Under the pieces are notes generated by a model. It made no database searches. It saw only the letters and a list, made by a program, of their open reading frames with translations, and was not told the DNA's origin. From NCBI RefSeq assembly GCF_025526975.1, contig NW_026515698.1, positions 62,001 through 126,000 of the forward strand: 64,000 bases of DNA. Direction: 5' to 3'. The translations under genes and the position numbers were made by a program. This document shows positions 1-9,396 of the stretch, piece after piece (position 1 is the stretch's first letter; the number at the start of each line of letters is the position of its first letter). The stretch comes from Fimicolochytrium jonesii. Lineage: Eukaryota.

Positions 1-417
1 ACGGGCATGTCCCCGTATGAGATCAACATCAGGTACATCCCGAAGGTACCAGACCAATGGGGTACCAGCGACCCAACAGAGCAACTGAAACAGGCTGATC
101 GAGAGTCCATTGAGGAACGCATGCAGCAACTGACCCAGGTGAGCCGCATCGTTCAGCACAGACTCCGAGAGGCCCAGGACAGGCAGGCAAGATACTACGA
201 CAGGAACAAGAATACGGACGCGTTCGTAGTAGGCGACCAGGTCCTGCTGAACCGCGAAGGCGACGTGTCCCAGAACACCTGGGAGCCACTCCGACACGTC
301 CGTGACACCTTGGCACACAAGCGATATGTCCGAAAGCAAGCCGCCAAGCGCCAGGAGACTCGGGAGACCAAGGCGAAGGAGAGAGCGGCAGTCTCTCGTC
401 GCCGTAAACGTATCTGA
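1..417 (+). pseudogene. Gypsy pol C-terminus: integrase tail joined by an internal deletion to the second half of a chromodomain
   Basis: SPYEI...LREAQDRQARYYDR...FVVGDQVLL is a typical gypsy post-integrase segment and is followed directly by the chromodomain motif NTWEP. Confidence 0.75.
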
Positions 418-480
418 ACCTTGTACATACATCAAAACAGAGTTTCTACTGTCCAAAATGATCGATACCATTACAGACTC

Positions 481-790
481 ATGCGGGCGGGTACTAGTAC
501 CAAGGCCTATGATGCGGGCGGGTACATAGTACCAGGGCCTATGATGCGGGCGGGTACGTAGTACCAGGGCCTACAATGCGGGCGGGTACGAGGTACCAGG
601 GCCTATGCGAGCGGGCAAGCGAGGTGTCAGGGCTCATGCGGGCGGGTATGCAATACCAAGGCCTAGGATGCGGGCGGGTACAGGGTACCAGGGCCTATGC
701 GAGCGGGCAAGCAAGGTGTCAGGGCTCATGCGGGCGGGTATGCAATACCAAGGCTCAGGATGCGAGCGGGTGCGAGGCACCAGGGCTCAG
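481..790. repeat. Minisatellite of about ten ~30-bp units (core ATGCGGGCGGGTAC), including a 92-bp higher-order duplication
   Basis: Units are visible directly; 576-667 and 668-759 are near-identical three-unit blocks. Confidence 0.9.
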
Positions 791-877
791 GACAATCGGT
801 GAAGTACCAAAGGGAAACGCTCCGAAGAGATAAAATTCAACAAAATATATACAAGAATGAAGAACGACGACGCCAGG

Positions 878-1635
878 CTAAATACCAACCTGTTTGGCGA
901 AAGACCATTGGCAACGTGAGCCGTGGCAGGCGGTCCCCATGCCACAACGCAGCGGGACGAACTGCTGGATGTTCATCTGGCTAGAGGGAGCGCGTCACAT
1001 CAGTGGCGGGACCTGTCGAAAATTCACGACTGTTGTACTTACGCGCGGACATGCCCCATACACTGGATGTGGTCGCAGGGGAAGACCCGCACGTCCTTGG
1101 CCAGACAATCGCAGTCGGGCCACACACAGGTGCAGGGTAGCTCCTGGCAGATGAGCGGCACTTCACACTCCTCCCCGAAACCGTCCACGTAGCCGCACGT
1201 GAACTCTCGACGGGCATGTCGGTCTGTCGGGAAGAGACGTGAGCTGTCAGTCACCCCACGGCAACCACCCATGACATGCGGTTCCTTACGGTGTCATCAC
1301 AGAGCGGGAGGATGCAAGGCCGGCATATAACGTGCTGGCACGTCGAGAGGAACATTTTGCGGGGGCGGTACGTGTTGCAGTTCCAACACGTAGGTCGGGC
1401 CGGTGGAGCCGGGGGCTCCGGGGTACTGTCCGAGTGCACCTCGGGGGTGTCCTGAGATAGAATTGGTCAAACCACGTAAGCTCAGTCAATTGGGCAACCT
1501 CCGTGGACTCACCACTCGCTGTCGCTTGATAGCCTTCTTCAGGCTTTCCCCTGTGGCGGGGCCCTTGCCTACATTCTTCTTGCCCGATGACGGGCCGGCG
1601 GCAGTGGGCTTGGCAGGAGGTGCTACGCTGGCCAT
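878..1635 (-). CDS. Spliced tandem RING-like zinc-finger protein, antisense inside gypsy element A (one apparent 1-nt frameshift near 1305-1310)
   Basis: ATG at 1635; GT-AG introns at 1452-1512, 1224-1289 and 981-1042; motifs CWNC-x11-CQH-x2-CRPC and CVWPDC...CDHIQCMGH...CGMGTAC; stop at 878-880; TATAAAAA at 1736-1743 on the minus strand. Confidence 0.7.
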
Positions 1636-1974
1636 AGTGAAGAGGGGAACGGCGACGGTGAGAGGTTACGAGATTGGGAGCAAGAAATGTAAGTCCAGGG
1701 ACTGGCGGGAAGGTGCCGAGGGGATTACTGCCTTCTTTTTATATGCCACAGACAAGGACCATAGCGCCCCACGACCAGCTGCGGCCGAATCATCTCTACC
1801 TCATATCGGCGTGGATCTGATTGCCATCGTGGTGACCACCGGTGACGCCAGCCGCTCCAGTAGAGCCATGCGCACTCCTCATGGCCGACACCTGTGTCAG
1901 CTCCACATCAAGTAACAGCGGGGAGCGACTGACAGGTGCGGTCGGTGTCGGAGTGAACTTGGCTCTAAGGGGGG

Positions 1975-2193
1975 TGTAATGAGGTGCTGCAGGTGTCACT
2001 TTAGTGCGGGGAAGCGCGTAGGGCATGAGATCACGTGTAGCATAGATTATTCTGGAGTTCTACGCTCTGGGGTGACTTCCGAAGGGAAGAAAAGCCTTCG
2101 GGCGGCGCCCCGGGAGGTAGAAGCTCTAGAATTCTTTGAATACATCGAGCGGAGACAGAGCTAGCCTCTGGCAACGGACCTAGCATTATTACA
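1975..2193 (+). repeat. 3' LTR of gypsy element A (219 bp)
   Basis: Follows the PPT and has a 6-bp terminal inverted repeat TGTAAT/ATTACA. The partner LTR is not in the window. Confidence 0.75.
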
Positions 2194-5100
2194 ATCCGCT
2201 GCCACGTTACTTCCACTCTACCTCAGAAGAAGAAGAACAAATCCAAGACTGGCGGCTCCAGAGGCTCCTCCCCTACCCAATCCTCGTCTTCTGACGCAAT
2301 CAAGAAACCTCCCCAGTGCAGATACTGCCAAAGGGAAGGCCACAAGTAGGAAAACTGCTTTACTTACAAAGCTGTCAAGGATATCATGGACAAGAACGCG
2401 AAAACCAAGCAGGACGCACCCGCTGCAGCCTCCATGGCTTATGCCATGCACGTTCAAGTCCAACCAACCAACCACGACGTCCGCCTCTTCAAGGCGGATG
2501 TGGATTCCGGTTGTACGGATCATATGACCCCATATATCGAGGATCTAGATCCATCTTCTCTTCAAGACTACCAACGCCTTATTGGACTCACGGATTCGAC
2601 TACCATTACCTCTCACAAGAAGGGTACCGTACTTATCCAACCTACGTCCGGCGGCAACGTTCTCGCTCTTTGCGACGTGTTATTGGTTCCTAGTCTTGCC
2701 CAGCCGCTTATATCTGTTGCTAAATGCACTGATAACGGCGTTACCGTCTCCTTTCACCCCACCGACGTTGTTATGTTCATTACTGACCGACATTTACTCG
2801 CGATGGGAATGCGCGAAGGCGACGCGTCCTATTTGGAAGGACGGGTTACCACCTACAAGCCCAATGCACATGCACTGGTCGCTTCCATAACCCCCCAACT
2901 TCTGCATCAACGTCTTGGACACCCCGGAAACCACATTCTCCCGGTTATGCCTAAGATAGTAGAGGATTGGCCTTGAGTGGGGGCTACGCCGGACTCCGGC
3001 GCACGCTGCGATCCATGCGCTCTCGGCAAAGCTACCCGCCTTACCTTCCCTAAATCCACATCCCCGCCACACAAACCCGGCGAGCTGATTCACAGCGATT
3101 TACAAGGTCCATTTCGGATCCACGGCATCGACAGAGAGCGCTACAGTCTCGCGTTCCTTGACGACGGCTACGATTTCGCCCGTACCTACTCCATCAAGGA
3201 CAAGGAGGCATCCACTATTACCGCAAGGTTTATGATCTTTCATAAGTGGCTCAAGAATCAAACTGGCGTCTCCCTCAAGATCCTACGTACGGATAGGGGC
3301 GGAGAATACACTGGCAAGCTCACGTCGTACCTACACGAAAATGGGATTACCCACGAGTCTACTGTCGCGTATTCTAGTCAACAAAACGGAAAAGCAGAGC
3401 GCCTCGATCGGACGTTACTGGACCCCGTACGCGCCATCTTCGCGGACACTCACCTTCCCCGCAAGCTCTGGCCGTACATCCTGGAGGCTGTCTCTTACCT
3501 GCACAACCTCTACCCGCGTTCAGTTGCAACCCCGGACGCCAAATCGCGCTCCGAATTCCTTACCGGTCGCCGCCCGAGCATCGCGCATCTGCGCAAGCTC
3601 GGATGTCTCACGTACACTGTCGTTCCACCCAAGGGCCAGGACAAGATGGCAAATCATGCTACCAAGACGTACCTAGTGGGCTATGCTCACCAACGAGGCA
3701 CCAAAGGTTACTATGTCTGGGATCCAGTTCGCGACACTGTTGCCGTCTCACGTGACGTTGGTTTCAACCAATCTACTGGACTCCCTGAGCACCTTCGTCA
3801 AGATCCTGCTCTCCTAGATCTTCTAGAAGACGTTCCCACCTCGCAAGAGGAGTTCGCTATCAAACACATCCTTTCTGAACGTCAACGCCGCGGCAAGAAC
3901 ATCCAAAAGGAATACCTCATCAAGTGGGTTGGTTTTACTACCCCTACCCAGCAACCACGCTCTGATCTCATTGAGACTGAAGCGTTGGATATCTGGGAGT
4001 CTTGTTCAAACGCTTTCAACACCCAAACGATTGAAGCCCTCTCGAACGCCTTCAACGCGCGTACCAAAGACACACCTCAATCCGTCACTATGACCTGGCG
4101 ACAAGCAATGGCCTCCCCTCAATCAGCTGACTTCAAGCTCACAGCTGATAAAGAGTTCCAGGCCCTAGTTGATAACGGGACTTGGGAACTCGTACCCCGT
4201 CCTCGACATCAGCGCGTACTCGGTAGTACTTGGGTACTGCGTCAAATCTTCAATCCGGACGGTACTTTCAAGAAATTCAAGGGCCGCGGTGTAGTTCAAG
4301 GTTTTCATCAATCCAAGGGTATTGATCATAACGACACCTACGCTCCAACCCTACCCATGTCAGTTCTTCGCCTTTTCCTCTCCATTGCCGTCTCTCTCGG
4401 TATGGAAATCCATCAACTTGACGTCCCCAACGCGTTCTTACGCAGCGATATCGACGGACCCGTCTATGTTGAACAATTTCAAGGCTACGAAGATCCGCAC
4501 AAGCCGCGCGCAGACTGGGTATACCTCTTACGCAAGGCTCTATACGGTCTGAAGCAGTCTCCGCTTCTCTGGTACCGTACTCTTTGCGAAACCCTCAGTT
4601 CTCTCGGCTTTACCCCCTTAAAGAACTGCCCTTGCGTCTTCTATCGCTACGCGACAACGACGCGCACTCTGGACGCTCTCCAGATGCTCCTTATCTATGT
4701 GGACGATTTCATCGCCTGCTGCTTTCCCGTACACGTCAAACAAGTGAAAGGTGAACTATGTTCTCATTTCAACTGTACGGATCTCGGTCCCATCAAAAAC
4801 TGCCTGGGTCAAGTCTTCGATTACCAGCTCTTGCCGTCAGGGAACCAACTAAAAATCTGCAATGTTACCTATATCAACGGTCTACTCGAACGATTTGGAC
4901 AACAAAACGCTACCCCGGTCTCTACAACGTGCGCTGTCTCTGCGTGTACCCGACCACCCTCCGCAAGCCCCCCTTTTCATAGCAAGCTTCTCTACCAGGA
5001 AGCAGTGGGGGCCCTCACGTGGGCATCCATTACCTGGCGCTGGGATATTTCAATTGCTGTCGGCTTCGTTGCACCTCAAGTCTCAGCTCCTACTCAAGCC

Positions 5101-5709
5101 GACTGGAATGATGTACTTCGCATCATGCGCTACCTGAAGGGTACCTGCACCTTCGAGCTAACCTACCAGTGCGGTCATTCAGATCAAGCTGGACTTCGCG
5201 TCTATACAGACGCATCCTACGCAGACGATGTCAACAACCGCAAATCTACCGCGGGCATCGCCAGCTTCTTCAACGGCCAGCTTATCTACTGGAAAAGCAC
5301 CAAGCAGAAGTGCGTAGCTCTTAGCTCCACGGAAGCTGAGTATATTGCTGCATCCCTCGGTCACAACGAGGTCATCTGGCTCCGCTCGATCATCGCGGAG
5401 GTCTTCGGCAACGAATACGGCAACATCAAGGACCTCACGCCCCTCCGCATCGACAATCAGAGCGCACGCGAGATTGCCAACTCCATATCTATTACTCAAC
5501 GCTCCAAACAGATCGACGTACGCTACCACAAGCTACGCGACGGCGTGGCGAAGAAAGACGTCGTACTCCTCGACACCGCGACGCAGGAGCAACTGGCTGA
5601 TTACTGTACAAAGCCCTTTCCTCCCGAGACACATACAAAATTTATTCAAGCAATTCAAGAAGGACGTGTCGCTAGCAATAGACAGCCGGCGACGACTACG
5701 TCCGAGTGA
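2194..5709 (+). pseudogene. Copia gag-pol polyprotein in a single frame with two in-frame stops (2347, 2974), containing a chromodomain
   Basis: Zinc knuckle CRYCQREGHK*ENC; protease DSGCT; LLHQRLGHPG and CDPC; integrase IHSDL, LRTDRGGEY, QNGKAER; RT LRKALYGLKQS and YVDD; RNase H YTDASYA, SSTEAEY, QLADYCTK. Confidence 0.93.
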
Positions 5710-5767
5710 GACATACGGAACACCCATACTGGGACGGCTTCTGGGCACTATATATGACTTCGGCACC

Positions 5768-6420
5768 TTAACCCGCCACCGTGATAGCCGCCGCTGCCCC
5801 AGCACCGGGGGTTCCACCGGCTCCGGCTCCGCCTCCACCAGGCGGACCCCCTGGACCACCTCCCCCGCCGTTTCCGTCATCGTCTCCATCATCACTCGAA
5901 GACGAATCATCCATGTGCTTTTGCAAGTACTGGAGTTGCTTCATCATCTGGTCTCGCTCCCGTCTCTCGGCCGCATCACTGCGGCGCTTCGCCTCTTTCA
6001 TCTTTTCTTTCGATATGCCGCCTTTTCCTTATATTGCGACTCGGAGACTGCCTTACACCCAAGGTAGTCTGCCTCCTCCATCAATGCCTCGAACGACCCC
6101 TTCTTTCGCTTCGGATCGATCCAGTTTCGCTTTCGTAAACGCCAGGTGCTTCGCAAGGTTCTCATGGTTATCCTTGCGGTACCTCAACGTCGATACCTCC
6201 GTCGCCAATCGAAGAGCTTCTCTAACTCGGGCTTTCGACATCGAAGAGTCGCTTGCGGACGCTGCGGACGATGCACGCGTAGAGCGCGTTTCGGTCGTGA
6301 GGGTCCTGCCGGAGGTGCAGCTGGGGGGGCTGCTGGTCTCACCGTGTTATGGGCCGTTTGCTTCTTCTTGCCATCGCCGCTCTTCTTGCCATTCCCGCCG
6401 TTCTTGCCTCCGTTCGCCAT
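5768..6420 (-). pseudogene. Decayed antisense accessory ORF (basic, coiled-coil, Asp/Gly-rich tail) in the copia 3' region
   Basis: ORF pieces 6184-6420, 6053-6241 and 5768-6001 join into about 215 aa with one frameshift and two TAA stops; lies between the pol stop and the PPT. Confidence 0.5.
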
Positions 6421-6927
6421 TGTTTCGCGTATTGTGTGGTAGTCTGGGATACGGTAGTTGAGTATGGGAACGTTGGTCTTACCTCTCTGGGGCGACTGAC
6501 AGCTGTTTCTTGTTTTATACTCGCGGCGTTTCCCTCTTCTTTCATTTTACTCTTTCATTTCTTTCATTTTTAGTCATAGCTATTCACCCGACGACCGCCC
6601 GCTTTTCGCGTACGCCCGCACCATTGTACTCATTGTTTAGATTTATCTTTCACCCAGATAGACTCGTGAGTTTGAGAGGGGGTGTTGGAGGTATCATCCT
6701 CCCGAGTCCCTGGTTAGGGTTCCCGTAGTTTTTTTCCTCACTTGACTCCCCTCCCGCTTACGCCACGCTTCCACGTACGGGACTTCACTCTTTTCTTCCC
6801 CTTTCGGACCTCGCATCCTCTTTCCTACAACAAGACAATACATACTTCACAGTACTACATCTCACACATACATAGAGTTTGCTCAGTCATCTGCTTCCTC
6901 TGCCGACTACTGCTAAGTAGGCCTTCA

Positions 6928-7660
6928 TCCACCCAGGCACCACCGTGTACAGCGACCTGTGGAAAGGGTATGACACTGCCCGCTTTGCCAAAATGGACTG
7001 TACCCACGGGACTGTCAACCATTCGGAGAACTTCAAAGATCCGGTGACCGGTATCCAGACAAACAACATCGAGGCTCTCTGGTTCCGTGTAAAGAAACAT
7101 GTGATGCCCCGGAGTGGCACTCGAAAGGTACATATGGAAAAGTACTTTTACGAAGGCATGTGGCGCCAGCGTTTTTTGCCCGACGGGCAGAACCGTTATG
7201 CATTTGGTGTTCTGCTGGGCCACATTCGAAAGCACCATGGTGGAGTCTGCGTGTGGAGGATGACAGCAGACGGGAGGGGGTATAGTGGGCGCACAGGCTT
7301 GGTGATGGTTGACAGCCCGTCGGAGGATGATGTTGAAATAACAGCGGACCCGTTGGACGACTGATGGAATAGAGAAGGCAGGGGGTTCAGGGGGGCGGCA
7401 GCCCCCTTGATTGAGTGGGGTTTTTTCTATGGGTTTATATACGTAATATGTATAATAATACACCTTGTCAAATGAGCAGCATGCAGAGGGGGGTCCAGGT
7501 GGGAAAGCCCTGGTGGGGGTGCAGGGGGAACCCCGCCGTCTCTGTTTGAGTATAGTTTGGTGGGTTTTTCTTTGAGTGTAGTTTGGTGGGTTTTTTTGAG
7601 TGTAGTTTGGTGGGTTCTGGATCGGGTGGGCTACGCGCGGGAAACCCGCTAAACTGCACC
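6928..7660 (+). mobile_element. Merlin/IS1016(ISXO2)-like DNA transposon, 3' part
   Basis: HPGTTVYSDLWKGY...HGTVNHSENFKDPVTGIQTNNIEALW matches the ISXO2-type DDE C-terminal motifs; ORF ends at 7364; subterminal repeats follow, with a putative end ...AAACTGCACC at 7660. Confidence 0.8.
7545..7616. repeat. Three tandem copies of TTTGAGTRTAGTTTGGTGGGTT
   Basis: Seen directly; probably Merlin subterminal repeats. Confidence 0.85.
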
Positions 7661-8582
7661 CTTACCGCAAAGTCCTCTGAACTTCTGATACAAGGGAGGT
7701 GAAGGGTTGTTAGGCGCCGATCAGTCAGTTAGGGGTAGGGTTAGGATAACACCTTCCATGGGGAGTGAAGACTAGAAAGGACTCCGCATTCTTACGGCAG
7801 CGCACGGCCCGGTGTCAGCCGGGTGGACGGGCAGAAATATATAGTACAAGACAACGGATGGGTGGGTGGGTTACTTTCACTACGGGTCGCTGCGGGAGGA
7901 AGGTGGATGGATGGAAAGGATGCTGGAGTCAAACTCCAGCAAGGGGCTCAAGATAGCTCCAACAAGGGGCAGCGGTCACGTGTTGTCACTGTGTTACAAC
8001 TCGTCAATTTCTCACATCAAAGTCTATCAAAGCACACGATGTATTCGCTAAGAGCCAAGTCGACTCCGCGCACAAGTCTTGATTAGTTGGTGCAATGTAA
8101 TCCATCCGATGAAGATGCCGGATACGATGAATATCAGACATCAATTTGTTCTTTCATGCAAAATGGCGATTAGCCAAACTGCTCGGAGCTATCTCTCCCC
8201 GGTTGACATAAGATTCGTGCACAACAGGAACTTTTCTCCACCAATGACCAAGTTTCCGCGGTGGTAAACCTCCCTGGGAAGCACGATACGCGATGTGTTG
8301 TTGATAAGAAACGGTGCTACAAGCCAATCTTTTATAATCTTTTTGATTGAGATATAGCTATGACTATAACTTTATCTATAACTACATCTAGCCGGAGTTT
8401 CCAACAATGAATGCAGCCGTGAACCTGCTTTACGCAGGCAATATAGCGCGTTTTGTTGAGCAGCTGTGCTCGGATCCGGGCACGTTTACGAAAGATGCAC
8501 TCATAAAAATTGCAAAGGCAAAGGGTATCGATTTAGGTGGCACATCCAGCATGAGCAAAGTGCAACTATGCATGCACAATCC

Positions 8583-8864
8583 TGTTAGAGGGGCACCTAC
8601 CCGTACAGTACATGACCGGGTAAGCGTTTTGTTTGGCAAACTGGCATAATAACAGGTTATGAGCCCTGATAGCGCAGGTTCGAATCTTAGCTTGGCACAC
8701 TGTTTTTCGAAACCACTTCTGCCTATGATTGCCTAGCTAAACAATAAAAAATCCGGTCAAAAATGTACTATACTGCCTAGCTGCAGAGGGGGTGTTAGAG
8801 GGGCACCTACCCGTATAGTACATGACCGGGTAAGCGTTTTGTTTGGCAAACTGGCATAATAACA
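8583..8864 (+). mobile_element. Complete TRIM (miniature non-autonomous LTR retrotransposon), 282 bp
   Basis: 72-bp direct repeats at 8583-8654 and 8793-8864 (one mismatch, ends TGTTA...TAACA); PBS GGTTATGAGCCC at 8655-8666; PPT AGAGGGGG at 8785-8792; 5-bp TSD AATCC at 8578-8582 and 8865-8869. Confidence 0.95.
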
Positions 8865-9049
8865 AATCCTTTGTTATGTGGTTGAGTGCGCCACTCAGGT
8901 GACGTAAGTATGGTTGAAAAAGCCCACGTGCCCCGGGTTTAGTGGCCGGCTCAAACCAAAATACACAAAGCTCAGCTGACAGCCTTCTCGTTTCTCTGAC
9001 CTGCTTCCCGCTCCCCCTCAACCGTAGCTCGTTGAGGTGGTGGAGGTGG

Positions 9050-9396
9050 TGGGTTAGTTTGGACTGTTGACATGATGCCTGGCTGGGCTTGTTGGGCGTG
9101 TGGGAAAGTGTGGGATTGGGTTGTCCTTTTCCGCAATGGCCTTCAGAATGCCCTTTGCAATCTCGTCGCATTGTGCAGAGGACAGGAGGACAAGCAGGAC
9201 ATTGCTCGAAGGACATTTGCACAGCATCCGCGAATCTATCCGCGGATAGCCGAGCTGGGTGTACTCTGACGCGGATGCTCGGCAAGCCTGCGAATGCTCC
9301 AACCCAGGAATGCACTTTCCCAGGGAAACCCGGGAATACACCCTCCATTTGCTGCCGTTATTGAAGACCAGCCGGCCACAGATTCGAAGCATCCGT
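9050..9396 (-). pseudogene. Possible Crypton/tyrosine-recombinase-like remnant, cut by gypsy element B
   Basis: Frameshifted pieces RICGR / AGW / NNGSKMEGV / YSRVSL / AFAGLP loosely resemble the C-terminal catalytic segment of fungal Cryptons; weak. Confidence 0.25.

Larger units (their letters stand above)
1..2193 (+). mobile_element. 3' portion of Ty3/gypsy LTR retrotransposon (element A)
   Basis: Pol tail at 1-417, polypurine tract AAGGGGGG ending at 1974, then an LTR at 1975-2193 bounded by TGTAAT...ATTACA. The copia gag frame resumes at 2194. Confidence 0.8.
2194..6927 (+). mobile_element. Ty1/copia LTR retrotransposon (5' part displaced by element A)
   Basis: Domain order gag CCHC - protease - integrase - RT - RNase H. 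PPT GAGAGGGGG is followed by a putative 3' LTR starting TGTTGG at 6683; its right end is uncertain (CA at 6832, 6851 or 6927). Confidence 0.9.

Noticed and set aside
481..790. CRISPR-like repeat array
   Set aside because: Units are tandem with no unique spacers, the context is a eukaryotic retroelement, and there are no cas genes.
2974..2976. Programmed stop-codon readthrough in copia pol
   Set aside because: The stop falls inside the integrase Zn-binding region, and a second stop breaks the gag knuckle; decay (likely CGA to TGA) is the simpler explanation.
8040..8330. Possible Harbinger-like transposase N-terminal remnant on the minus strand
   Set aside because: Only a vague resemblance, with several stops and no catalytic motif.
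2194..9396. ATCCG after the element A LTR and again just before the element B LTR as a TSD
   Set aside because: The two LTRs are unrelated, the arrangement is wrong for one element, and the second copy is offset by one base.
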